A stretch of DNA of 63,947 nucleotides, filler included, from Pelomyxa schiedti (lineage: Eukaryota > Protista > Evosea): assembly GCA_020536535.1 (NCBI GenBank). It is 5 parts of 5 records of this genome, joined end to end, with 100 filler letters (N's around TTAATTAATTAA, not from the genome) between each part and the next. Parts side by side here need not be neighbours in the genome. Positions count along the whole stretch, not along the records: positions 1 to 30,107 come from JAHLWZ010001004.1; positions 30,208 to 41,278 come from JAHLWZ010001249.1; 3 more parts are not named here. One strand, written 5' to 3'. Position numbers and translations under genes: made by a program. Positions within the stretch are counted from its first letter, which is position 1; every line of letters starts with the position of its first letter. The notes below the pieces were generated by a model that saw only the letters and a program-made list of their open reading frames with translations, made no database searches and was not told where the DNA came from. Of the stretch, positions 24,489 to 36,500 are shown in pieces.

Positions 24489-27322
24489 ATGGACGAAGCA
24501 AGCCCATTTCGTTGTACTGTTCGTCGCTTACCCGGCAGCGATGATGGTTTGCCCGTCGCTCAGCAGCAAGTGTCGGTCGTCACATTCACGGACAAGACAA
24601 CAGCGGAGCTGGCGGCCGAGGTCGCGCCGGGCACAGGAACCACCCGGATCCTGTCACTGCTCAGCCCCGTGGACGACTGCGACCAAGCGTCGGGCGCTAC
24701 GTCCACACATTCGTCGACGTCTTCGTCTTATGCTGAATACGGCTCTGGCGCGTCGAATCCCTCCTCGGGCGGCGAGGGCGCGAGGGGCGCTGGGGCACCC
24801 ATAAGTAGGAACATTGTGGCGGTGCTCAGGGCGTTCGTGGCTGGGATACGCAAGCCGTCGACGGTGCAAGAAAAGAAGCTGGCCGACATCAAGAAGCTGC
24901 TACACGAGTGCCTTGGGGCTTATCTGGAGCACTATCCTGAAACAACTCGTATCTGGGAGGCCAGAATTGTGCACTTCTCAAAAAAGTCTGGTGACAATAC
25001 ACTGGCATCCACCGAGGCTGACATCATGGTAATGAAACAACCCTTTTTTTTTTTTTTTTTCTTTTCTATACTTCCCTTTCCCCTGCTTTCATAAATGTTT
25101 CTTTTATTGTTTCCTCTAACAATTTCCTTTTTTGTGTTTTTTTTTTCTTTCCCAAGTAGCTGCAAGGTTGAAACTAACTTGCCTATGTACTCAAGGTATG
25201 GTACCTCCCATTTGGCTTGGCGACAAAGGCCCACCATTACTCTTGGTGGCTTAGCTGCACTCTGATCAAAAGGGACACACCGTGTCCGCTGCACTACGGG
25301 CGGTTACTTCCCTGCGCCACGAAAACCTCCAAGTCCGCCAAACACACCAGCTCCTCGCATCCTGCACACCCTGAGATATCGAGCCTCATAGGCACCAATG
25401 TCTATACGCAGAGCAAAGCAGCAAGTCACCCAAATATCGAGTCCCTGAACCTATTTCTCTTCGAGGAAAAGTTGCGCATCCTGAAGAACAAATTTGACGA
25501 GCAAAAAAAAGCGGCAGATGGACTGAACCTTCCGAAGATTTCCGACCCTGAAACCCCGACCACAAATCAACCAGCACTAACTTCTGCATGGGTGGAGCAA
25601 CAAAGAAAAAAGATGCAGAAACAGCTAAGCGATGTGAGAGCAAAGAGGGACCGGATCAACATGCCGAAGGGGGGGCAGAGCCCCGTCTCTCTTGCACCCG
25701 GCGCTACCACCCCTACAAGTAACCGTGGCAACTCAGTTGAACCACTTCGCCCTCTCACTATCGCAGCTGCCGCCACCGCAGCAGCAACGGCTTCAGCCTC
25801 AACTTCACTTAGCATTATCCCCCCAATGAGTGACAACGAAGGCATCCCCATGAACCCTCTTCAACACCCGGAAAGTAAATGGAAGCAGTTCATCCCCTTG
25901 ATTTTCCAGATAATGGAGCTAAGTACCTTTAAAACTTGGAAAACTTGGCTTATTTGCAGAGAATGCGATGGGCTGCTCCGGGCTTTGGGGCCAGATGCAC
26001 CAGTCAAGGCTACTGCTTTCGCACTAAAAACGATGTTAAACTATTCAGCAGAGACCAGAACAATGGAAATCAGTGATACTTCTGATGAGTGCACACTGTT
26101 TTACTCCCACTGGTGTATAGCAAATATTTTCCACACGTTCGTTAGCGGTCCGAGGGCTTGGTTGGCTGGAGGCACAATAGGTGAAACTATACCCGTTGCA
26201 AGACGCACATCGTACCTCGTAGAGGAACGCGGCAAGCGCAACCTGAGGACCATCCCCCTAGGAAGGAGCAGAAAACTACCAGACGAGTTTGGCCACAGCC
26301 CGCTCCAGGTGGATACCCTTGCCTTTTGCCTTTTGTGTGCATGTGACAACTTGAATTCTCACGGGTGGTACCACAATGACATCAGCCCCGACAACATCCT
26401 CTTGATCCATCGTACAACTACTACGGAAATTTCTCACATCCTCCGTGGGGATATATGGGCCCTGTGTGACTTGGGAACCTCTCAGCACTACCCAACTGGA
26501 GAGGTCAGTGTCAAACGCTTCGTGGGCAATCCTATCAACAAGTCCCCAGAGGTAACCAGCGCCAGAAGCGATGTGCTCCTTATCTCAAAGAACGACCTGT
26601 GGGGTATAGGGGTCGTTCTGTACGAGGTCATCGTGGGTAAACATCCCTACCACAGGAACGGTGTAATTGACCAATATATGCTCCTCACCTCGCCAGATCC
26701 GTTCCTCATACCCAATGAATTCGTAGATGGCAGCACACGAGTCGCGGCACTTGTGCCCTATCTCCTGGAGCGAGACTGTCTCGTCAGACCCACTGCCAAA
26801 GAAGCTCTGCTCATATGCGGGGCCCTCATGTTCCTGTCTCCCCTCCCTGGCACAAGATGGAGAAGAAGTGGGGAGGACGCGAGAGGCGGCGGGGCTTGTT
26901 CGCCGCCCCAGCTGTGGCAACTCCCACCCAAAGCGATGTGCGATTTGCAACACACCAGCGAAATCATCGACCTATCATCCACGCAACCGGAGCACATCGT
27001 GAAGTCCATACAGTTCTTCACCGACAACTCAGCGCTGGTTGAAACAACACTGATACAGCTGCTCTGTGGCACCCTCGAATCCATGCAGCCTGAACCGTCG
27101 GCACTGGAGCCAACGCCGACTGTTGAACAAGTGTGTTTGTTGCTGTTTGCAAACGAAGCTCTGTCTGACGTTGATGCATTCTGTGCCGTCATGCTTGCCT
27201 TCTGCCAGCGCAGGGCTGTATATTACCATGTAGTTGCCACGAACCCTACTCTGAGCATTCCTGTACAGCAAGTGTCTACCGAATCCTTCCCACCCTCCAG
27301 CACTATTGTTAACTGTTCTTAA
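24489..27322 (+). CDS. Divergent protein kinase-like protein (recognisable C-lobe) with a long N-terminal region
   Basis: Exons join in frame (EADIM/VETNLPMYS/SCTLIKR). Kinase motifs WYHNDISPDNILL, WALCDLGTS, NKSPEV and KNDLWGIGVVLYE. No Gly-rich loop or VAIK motif recognisable. Confidence 0.72.
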
Positions 27323-27415
27323 GAAAAGACTTCGTTTTCTTGTTTTCTTTGCACTTGTTAACCAACAATAAAAAACCTTATTTTATAAATGTTTTTGAAA
27401 ACTAAAGTACAAGGC

Positions 27416-29669
27416 TCAGCAAGAACTTGGCTTCCTATTTGGAGACAGGAGAGGGGTTTGTGTAGTGGCCCTAGTAATTGCTGGAGTGCCGCTGGGCACT
27501 GTGGATGAGGAAGAGGTCCTGAGGAATAATGAGTATGGTATACAAACGAGGGACACCTTACCACGACTCCACTGTGTCACTGGGTGAAGCGTCCCCATCT
27601 GCATTGAAATCTCCATCACTGTCCGTGTCACTGTCTTCTTCGCCGTTGCGTTGATAGACGAAAATATTCATTGTTTTGCTCTCCTCTGCTTCCCGCAGTA
27701 GACGCTCTTTCTTCTCGATTGCTGCTTGTTGTATACCAATTCGAGCTTGTATTACATCATTCCAAGTTTTAGCGTCATCGAAAAAGTGGAGTGTCCTACG
27801 CCACTTGCGCACCTGACCGTCCCAACTCCGCTACATAAATTGTTACAATTTCAATTTCAGATTCTGGATGTAATACCTTGGAACAGAGTTGGAATTTGTT
27901 TGGGACAATAGGATCGCCTCTCCGCGTTTTAGAGCCAACAAGCTTCATGAAATTCTGGTACCCTATTGTTACAATGCCATAGTCAATTTGCTTCTGGCGA
28001 GCTTCAAGCCTTGCCGGACTTAACTCTGAATAGTGCGTTACGGCACAATTTGGTCAAGTAACAGGAAGATACCAACATCTGCACAGCGGAGCAAAGCCTT
28101 TCGAAGCAGCCAAACATCAGAGGGACCTGGAATCTGCCCAGGCAGTAGACTTGCATGTACACTTGGAGTTCGAGGAGCTGTGAGCTGAACGCCCAGTGAA
28201 GTAATAGGAGCTGATGGCTTCTCAAGGGAGACAGGCGGACGTGATGCAGTGGAAATAAAGGGACTAGGAGCCGCAAAGCCACTCAAACTTCCTTGAGGGT
28301 GCCCGGTGCTATATCCTGGTGAAAAATGGGTTGCCTTACTGAAACCCGGAGTAAATGGGCTTGACGGATTTGCGCCACTGTGATCCGGGATATGGTCACG
28401 AGTATTTGGCGTCATGGTAACTGCCGGAGAACAAGGAGTGTTCTGAGGTGTAGGCGATTCCCCATCTGAAGGGGGAATTGCCTCATTGGAAGGTTTCCGG
28501 ACCATAACAACCTTTGGAGAATCTTGTCCATGTGGTAGACCAAAAAATGAGCTCACCAGAGTTTGGGCAAGACCGCGGGGCACTTCGTGGCATTTCTGCA
28601 GTCAGGTTATTCCCGAGTGAAAACAAAACCGGTTACATACATCTTTAAAAGAGAGAAGGAACTCCCGTGAATATTCTATTCTAGAAAGTGGTGGCTCTCC
28701 CACGGGCACCTCAACTCTCACGTTACAATTTACGCAGGGCTGGAACTGTGACTGAGGTTTCACTGGGATAAAAGGAACAGCAGCAGGATCGAATAGTAAA
28801 TCAGGATCCTCGTCAACTCCGTTACATGAAGCAAATGTGCCATGTTGGGGAATAGATGGAGTCGGAATCGGTATTGGCATACTTGGAGGAGGTGGAGGAA
28901 CTCTGGGTCTGCAAGCGAACTCGGAAAATGAAAGCCACTTGGAAGAAGGGGATGGAGGGGTAGTATGAGATCTTGAAGGCACCAGAACAGGGACATTGAC
29001 AAAAGTTGGTGTCTCATGTCGTGAAGTAGGAGATGGCGGAAGCGCGGGAGAAGCACTAGACACAGTGGAACGCGGAGAAGAGCTAAACTGAGGGAAAAAT
29101 GGAGAGTCTTGTGAAAATAGTGTATCAAATTCATCTTGGGGCTCTCTTCGTAATTGCGATCTCAGTGGGGTGGAATCGATTGCAGGTCTATCTAAACTCG
29201 AAAATACATTGCTGGACTCCATCACAGAAAGTGGGGTGCCCATAGGAGAATAGGGGGTATCCTGCATTTTAGTCTCAGAATTTGCCAGAGAATTCGATTT
29301 GAAACAGATATTCGAGTATTTTGAATCTTTCCCAACCCGTGCATTCTCATCACATATTCTCTTGGATGCTGTGCTGATAGCAGTGGAGTTCTTCCCTCCC
29401 TTCCGCGTGATAGAAACTGTAATAGGACTAGGTGGTTGTAGGATTCTAGCTGAATCACTAGTTGGTGATACTACCACCCTAGTAGTATCTGCGTGACTGG
29501 GAACTCTAGGAACGTAATTTACAGAAGCTGACGCGGTACTGCCACCGCTTTTGGCCACACAATCACGAAGCGCGTTTGCGCGGTCCCCGTATGTGTCACA
29601 ATTTCTGGGTAAATTCATTGGTAGAGCGCCTAATACAACTCTTCGTAGCGCGAAATGTACATCGTCCAT
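27416..29669 (-). CDS. SLBP: Histone mRNA stem-loop binding protein (SLBP) with a long disordered N-terminus containing a YxxxxL-phi motif
   Basis: Spliced RNA-binding domain RLEARQKQIDYGIVTIGYQNFMKLVGSKTRRGDPIVPNKFQLCSKRSWDGQVRKWRRTLHFFDD matches the SLBP signature. An acidic tail (EEDSDTDSDGD) follows. Exon joins FKD/KCHEV and ADV/ELSPAR are in phase. Confidence 0.88.
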
Positions 29670-30107
29670 CGTGTGGCGCTGTTTTTGTGTTGGTAAAACG
29701 GCATAATAACAGCGGAGGAGTTTTTTTAGAGGGGTCCGGCGAGGTGTCTATTGGACACCAATTCGCGCATTTACGCTCCTACGGCGTGTGGTGATCTCGT
29801 GTGATTAATTATTTACGAAATCCGGGTGGTGAAAGGTAGATCACGCATGTGGTTCGTGATGGGGGAAGAAATTAACCTTTCTATGTACGAAGATTGAGCT
29901 CTAATCCTCACAGCTGTTGTTTTGCGTGAACGTACGTTTTGTTTTTATTAAAAAAAATGGGAAACCCATAAAAAAACTTCTTAAGAGAACGCAAAATTAT
30001 CTCGTGATGGGAAGACCCGGCGATGAGACCCGTGGTCAGAAATCGGGAGCAGGGAATTGCTGTAATCTCGAAGCTAATTTTGAATACTGGTGAGGACTCG
30101 AAATGGG

Positions 30108-30207
30108 NNNNNNNNNNNNNNNNNNNNNNNNNNNNNNNNNNNNNNNNNNNNTTAATTAATTAANNNNNNNNNNNNNNNNNNNNNNNNNNNNNNNNNNNNN
30201 NNNNNNN
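30108..30207. other. Scaffold gap (N run with TTAATTAATTAA six-frame stop linker)
   Basis: 100 nt: Ns flanking TTAATTAATTAA. Identical structures at 41279-41378, 60873-60972 and 62626-62725. Confidence 0.97.
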
Positions 30208-30402
30208 TGATTGAATCATACACACTTTGCGACACTCAGGAGGGAGACCGTCGAGCTCGTCAGCAAGGGCACTCGTCGACGCGCAGTTCTCGGCCCCTGG
30301 CGTCCCATTCTTTACGGTATCGATCGGTCTGTCAGTCCACATCACAAAGTATGATGTTGACGACGAGTTGGAAACAAACCCAACCCCATTCACCTTCACC
30401 AT
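30208..30402 (-). CDS. First exon of an FVSNSSS-motif protein (paralogue of 30456-31920), truncated by the gap
   Basis: MVKVNGVGFVSNSSSTSYFVMWTDRPIDTVKNGTPGAENCASTSALADELDGLPPECRKV, then donor GTATGA. Strongly similar to the exon at about 31740-31920. Confidence 0.65.
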
Positions 30403-30455
30403 TAATTTTTGGGACTCACCCAAACGTACGTTTATTTTTAATATAAGTTGATTCC

Positions 30456-31920
30456 TCAGGATTGGCCAAGCATTTTTGCATTCTTGCTCCAGTATTCAAG
30501 GGACGTGTTGCGGCCACCAATGACACACTGGCTCTCTGCAATGATGGTTCCAGTCTTGCACCCCTTGATGAATTCGATGACCTCGTCCTTGCATCCCATG
30601 TACTGCAGTACTTCACAATAATTTGGAGCCCACTTTCTCACAGGGAGAATTCCACGAGCAACGGTTTGTCTGCTGACCCTCATCGCCAGCTCCCTGCACG
30701 TGGTCACATGTGCCAGTGAAATCGCTTGTTCCCATGGCATGTGACCGGTTGTTGGTTCTGCTGGTGGTTGTGTGGAACTGTAGAAAAAAGTTAATGTTCC
30801 AACAGTCAAGCAGGGAGATAATATAACTCAAATAATAAATAAATGTAGGGTGTAGGCAACACGTGAATTAAAGTTCAAAATGAAACGGGGGTACAAACCT
30901 TCCAGGGATGAAAGCTCGCACAGAGGACTCTTTCACAACATCCAACCACACAGGATCATCCAGAGCAGCTTCTCTCCAGCTGAAGAATATATTGTAAAGT
31001 GTTAGCAGGTTGGAATTTTGAATATTAAGTCAGAATCACCTCTTGCACACTGTTGACAGAGAAAGCAGAGTCCTCGTGGCTTCAAGGATCTCCGCATCGG
31101 ACGTTGGTGTTCGTGATTTTATCGGAAGGTAGTGTTCCGGCCGAAGCTCAATTTCATGCAATCCCTTTTCCAATCTTGCAATCCGAATGTCAAACGAGGT
31201 TCGATTCACACAGTCGTAGTATGCCTGTGAATAATGTTGCTCCCAAATGAGAATCACACGTTTGAATATCCATCCCAGCAAGTCCTTCCCAAGAACCGGC
31301 AGAGAGGTAGTAGGACTAAAACAATCCTCTGGCCTTGCAAGAGGTTTAGAGGAGCCAATCCCATTCTAAGATTATTTAGTCGATTGAGTCAGTCAATACT
31401 GTCTGTTACATTAGAGAGATAGATACCAGGAAAGATTTTACAAGTCTGGAAGCCCCACTTGAGGAAGCTAGAGAGGATGCTGCAGCGATCGCCTTTGCTC
31501 TCTTAGCCCTCACCCAATGAATCACAGAATCCAGCCAAGTGTCACACCTTGTCATGCACTCATTGCACAGGAAGACTTCTCCCTCTGGCCTTGGTGGAAT
31601 TATGGCGTCGAGTGATGGCATGCCAAACATCATCCCATCGTCGTGCCTGGCATGTGCTACACATAGTGTTGGTGGCTAAAAAGTGAAAGACCTTAGATAT
31701 AGGTTGTGTATACATAGAATTTATTATCGTATAAAGTACGGACGTTGCGGCATTCAGGGGGGAACCCATCGAGCTCCTCAGCCAGTACGTCGGTTGCAAC
31801 ACAATTGTGGGCCGGATTTCTGCCGCCCTTCACGGCGTTGACTGGTTTTTCCGTCCACATCACGAAATATGATGTTGACGACGAGTTGGACACAAACCCA
31901 CCCCAATTCACCTTCACCAT
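30456..31920 (-). CDS. FVSNSSS-motif protein with a Cys-rich segment and an interrupted F-box-like motif
   Basis: Exon 1 is MVKVNWGGFVSNSSSTSYFVMW...PPECRNV. Later exons give FLCNECMTRCDTW, LPVLGKDLLGWIFKRV, LLSLSTVCKSWREAALDDPVW and ...YWSKNAKMLGQS*. One internal join (about 31370-31440) is uncertain. Confidence 0.58.
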
Positions 31921-32080
31921 TTCTTTTACCTTCGTCGGTTTCTTTCCGGTAAGACTGTTGTTTGATCGGTTCTGAGACGGTGATTTGCCAGTGCTCCCCT
32001 CTGGAAAGTGCCCTCCACGCCTCAATGCCAAAAATCAAATAAACATTTTGTTTCCTCTTTCTCACAACTTTGTAGCTGCT

Positions 32081-33391
32081 TCAGAGGACCGATTCGCGGG
32101 CAATTCCAAGAAGCCTCTTAGGGGGGAAGGTGATTGTGAGGACTACGAAGCCAGAGAGAGGCTCCAACACTTGAATGTGGTCAGCAGTCACAATAAACAA
32201 GAACCCTGAGCTAGCGATGGCCTGTCTGCACCCTGGAACACTCACTGTTTTGAGCGGCCTTGTTGTGTTGTTGCAGTCCCAAAGTTCACACAGTGAGTTG
32301 GGGTGGTCTGGCATACAGTGAGCACAAAAAACAGACTGGCTCAGCTGTGTGACACTGAGTGCCGAGGCAGTCATCACAGTGCATCTCATATGTGTGATTT
32401 GACCTGTTGGGGAATCCACCTGCACGAGGTCGGACAGTGGGAGTGACAAAATAAAGGCAGCAGAACCGTCTCGCTTCTTCAACAACAGTGGAGGCCAAGC
32501 TCTCTCTCTGTTGAATGTGTAGTTGGTCTCCTGGTCAGTGACAATGGCTGAGGTGGCAACGCACATGCTCTCTGTTTGGAAGGACCTCTGCAAGTCCACA
32601 ACAACGAACGCCATCCCCAAAAGCTCCTTTCTACCCTCCGATGCCTGATACCCAATAAGAACCAACTCATCTTTGAAGCAGCTTGGAAACACAAGAGCCG
32701 ACAAGGTGAAACAGGGGTCCAGAGGAACTCGAACCCTCCTTGATGCAGCAGTACCAGTGCAACCATCACCCAGCCTCACAATCACCAGGCTTGCTTTTGT
32801 TCTTAGATCCGCAGCCACAGCCCAGTCCATCCACTTGCTCACAGCCACCGTGCAGAATGATTCCTCCTCGACACCCTCGTCACTGAACCCAATGAACCTC
32901 CCCCTCACAGGGCCCGGAACCCCAAGCGGTGCCACGCTGTACTTCTTCGTAGCCGCGTCGAATACCAGCAGGTGGGTGGTTGCACACGGACTCCTAAAGG
33001 TGGCCAAGTCCAGGCGGCTGTAGTGCCTGGTGGTCACGCTCTGGTACCCCCGCCCCCCGCCCGGGCCCGCGACCTCGCTGACCGGCCCCAGCAGCGCGCG
33101 CGAGAGCGAGAACGAGAGTACAGTCTCCGGGTGCCTGTACGTGTTGTCGGCTTCGTTCAGGACGAGGGCGAACGAGGCGGCGTCGAGGAAGCTGTGGAGG
33201 AAGGATCGGGTCGGCGATAGGAAGGGCGACCCTGGAAGCCAGAGGGTGCGGGCTGGGCTGTGTGCCCCGCACCGCGCGTGTGACGACGTGGCCAGGGCCA
33301 CTAGCTGACTACGGGCATCAACTGCTGCTACGAATCTCGGCGTGGAAGATTGTGAGGAGCGCCCACCATCCCCCATCAAAGACTGTCCCAT
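32081..33391 (-). CDS. Intronless hypothetical protein (about 436 aa), beta-rich C-terminal part
   Basis: Single uninterrupted ORF with first ATG at 33391; GC-rich. No catalytic motif recognised. Confidence 0.75.
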   Translation of the reverse strand: MGQSLMGDGGRSSQSSTPRFVAAVDARSQLVALATSSHARCGAHSPARTLWLPGSPFLSPTRSFLHSFLDAASFALVLNEADNTYRHPETVLSFSLSRALLGPVSEVAGPGGGRGYQSVTTRHYSRLDLATFRSPCATTHLLVFDAATKKYSVAPLGVPGPVRGRFIGFSDEGVEEESFCTVAVSKWMDWAVAADLRTKASLVIVRLGDGCTGTAASRRVRVPLDPCFTLSALVFPSCFKDELVLIGYQASEGRKELLGMAFVVVDLQRSFQTESMCVATSAIVTDQETNYTFNRERAWPPLLLKKRDGSAAFILSLPLSDLVQVDSPTGQITHMRCTVMTASALSVTQLSQSVFCAHCMPDHPNSLCELWDCNNTTRPLKTVSVPGCRQAIASSGFLFIVTADHIQVLEPLSGFVVLTITFPPKRLLGIARESVL

Positions 33392-33541
33392 CACTCTCCA
33401 ACCAATGGAAATCAAGTTCGCATAAATCTTGGTTGTTGGGGAGATAACCCCCAACCTCTTGTAAGCTGCCTGCGATGACAGACCGTGGGAATCAATGTAT
33501 ATTTAAACAAAGGGATGTATGGGTTTAACACCAGGTGGTGA

Positions 33542-36500
33542 TCAAAGCATTCCTACTTCTTTCTTGGCGTTCTGTTGCTTCCACAACGGCAACTTGAGGA
33601 ATTCTTCACGGGTCATCTTGAACACCTCCACAAAGTCTTCATCTGTGAGGTAGGTCTGTGTGTAGTGGAATGTGAGAAATCAATATGACCAGAAAATTTG
33701 TGTACCTCGAGTTTTGTTGGGTCTAGTGCCGCGGAACCTCCTGGCGTGGTAAGTTCCTCATAGGAGAATGTTCTCTTGAAAAACCGGAGTGCCTCTTCGA
33801 CGGTAATTACATCACTTGGTGGTACCTGTGGTGGGAATGAGGATGGAACCAAAAAGTATTATTTGGGGAATTAAAAGCACACAGTTTTTCTTGTCCAGGT
33901 AGGGAAAAGGCTTGTAAACATGTGCGGTTCTTTGCCGGATGAAATACATACAGCAAGAGTAGTTACACTACGAGCGTCACCTTTGGTGGATTGTGCTTTT
34001 ACGTAATCCTTTGTCTGGTAAGAATTGTGTAAAATGAGTGTGGATGATAACCATTGTGATTTCATAGACCCATCGGCTGATGGCCGGGTCTGATGCTGCG
34101 CCTATCCACACAAAAACTACATTGTACATATCCACGATCATGTAGTGGTATTCGTCAAGATCATCTTGTGTGCAGTCGTATACTTCAAGGAGCTAGAAGA
34201 GAGGTTAGTAAGAGAAGCTAGCACAAAAATTCATTCTTCTTGCCTTTCCCCCATGTGCGTGGAACATCCTCGGCTTCCATCCTGACCGAATCAACTTGTT
34301 CAATACGTCAGAATGCCTAAATATGACTTCAAGGGCTCGGGGAATTGGGGGCGGTGTGAATGATAGCATGGCAGGTGGCAAAGGTGCTGATTCATCACTT
34401 TCATCCACAATAACAGGTTCGCCAAACAACTACATTAGTGAGTGTCTTCTTTTGTTTGTGGTATTTCAACCTTCTGTGTGAGTTCTTGGGCGTTGGACTT
34501 CTCTTCCGCAAGAAGGAGACTTCCACACCATAGATGAGGTCTTCCACTTTTCAAAGGCGTCATAATACATTTAACATTCAGTTGCCTTACGCGTTGAAGA
34601 AAAGGAAGGCACCCCTGGAAGTAAGTGACAGGGGCGTACACTCCACTTGCACAATATGTGGCACTGCACCTGGTGCGCCAGAACAGTCCAGTACCTTGTA
34701 AAGAGTGTTTTGTGTGGATGGCGCTGTATACAAATCATCATGTACACCCTGAAGTGTGTTATTCCGAAGGCTTGAAGCCACGGAACGGGTACCTTGTGTG
34801 TGAAGTACTTATCTTTGAACAGCATTTTGAAATGATATGGCTCCTTATGCTGTTGGACAACTTTCAGTCCCACCAGGTTTCCTCCTCTTTTGTTAATTTC
34901 GTCTGCAAAATCTCTGCTAGCTTGCAAGGCAGCACAACCTCTTTCATATTTTTGTGATTCTTGTCCTGGATACCTATTAGCTTTCTTGAAAAATAGTCGG
35001 GGGATACCAAGCCAATAATATACAAGGTATTTTGCTGCTCCTACTTTTCCATACGGACCAGGTTGGTTGTCCCACACCCAAGTAATGATATAGCAGTTCT
35101 CAGTCCAGAAGTGCCTTCACAATCACCATTAGAAAAAAAAGGTGAAAATAAGAGTACAAACCCAAGAAGATTGCGAGGAACGGGAACATGTTCAGTTGCC
35201 ACAATTCGGTAGACAGTTATATCCCCCGTTGTAAACTCTAAGACATTTTTCAATTGGTCTTGCAGTGCTTTGTGATAGAAAGGAAGAACGGAATTGATGT
35301 CAAATACTTCAACGGGGGCTTCTACAACAAATTAGAACAATCTTAACGTACTGAAATGCTAAGTACGAGGAACAGTAGGTGTAGTTGAGGTTGTTGGAGC
35401 TGCAGGGCAAGAAAACTTTTCCATGAATATTAGTGTTTCAGTTCCTTCTGTGAGTTTCGCTATTTTGAGCCAGTTTTTTAATGGGGAGTTCTCCAAAATT
35501 TTCTTTTTTCAGTGACAAAAATGAGCCAGAAATATTAAGGAGGAGAGGTGTCACCTCAGCTGCCTTGCTTGCCGCATTCTTTTTTTCTTTGGAGGCTTTG
35601 TTCCCGAACCAGGTGTACAATTCAGTGCCACAATTATATACATAGGCATTATCTGATTGAAGCAACTCAAATGGAGGCAACACTGATGTATTTGGCCTCA
35701 CTTCAGCAAGTTGAATTTCACCTTCAGCAGTTTCTTGAGTCCTGAATATGTGTAAGTGAGTGACTTGCTCATCGACTGACTTGTAACCCAAGAAGTTCGT
35801 AGGAACCACGAATTCTCTTTTCATATGTTGCAGTATCCTCAATTGGCCCATTCATTGGAACAGTTGGTGTTGGTTCTTTGCCTATGTCTATCAAGAAATC
35901 CCGTGTGTGTCTTTCACTGTCCTCACGACCTGGAAAAAATCAACAAACGTATCCAGTAAGAGTGGAAATACCTAAGGTATAATGTCGTGTGTCGAAGTTT
36001 CCTTGTTTGTGCTTCATTTTCGTTGCAAGATCAACTAATGGCGCTGAGTCAAAAGTTAAACTGAGTCAACATACTTGCTTTCTGATTTTCAAACTTGTTT
36101 GAAGCAGGTCCGTGAAGGACGAGATACTGGTTTAATTTTTTGGACCAGAGAATATAGCTGGCATCTGGAGAGAGATTTAGAGAGTATATTCGGGTTGCAT
36201 AGTAAACCTGGGCTCATAGGCTCTTCTATGGGTACTTCAATGGCAAAAACTATGAAAAAACAATTGGTCAACCCTCCGTTATAAAGGAACAATACCATGC
36301 TTTCTTCCCTTTATTTTATACAAATGGGAAGAGTTATCAACTTCAACATGTCGTTTTATTGTAGTAAGCCACATCTGAATGAAAAATAAGAATAGCTCTT
36401 GACAGTGGAAAAACTTACTGAAGCCCTCTTTTTCTCCTCTTCTTCTTTAGTCTTTTTGATGACATCCCATCCTTTGGAGTATAAATTGTCATACATATCA

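Noticed and set aside
29700-30107. CpG-rich intergenic stretch upstream of SLBP as a possible ncRNA or histone stem-loop
   Set aside because: No tRNA cloverleaf, snRNA motif or histone stem-loop consensus was recognisable by eye. An Infernal/Rfam scan would be needed.
30152-30163. Palindromic TTAATTAATTAA repeated four times in the window (also about 41323, 60917 and 62670)
   Set aside because: It always sits in the centre of a 100-nt N run and gives stop codons in all six frames. It is a scaffolding linker, not biology.
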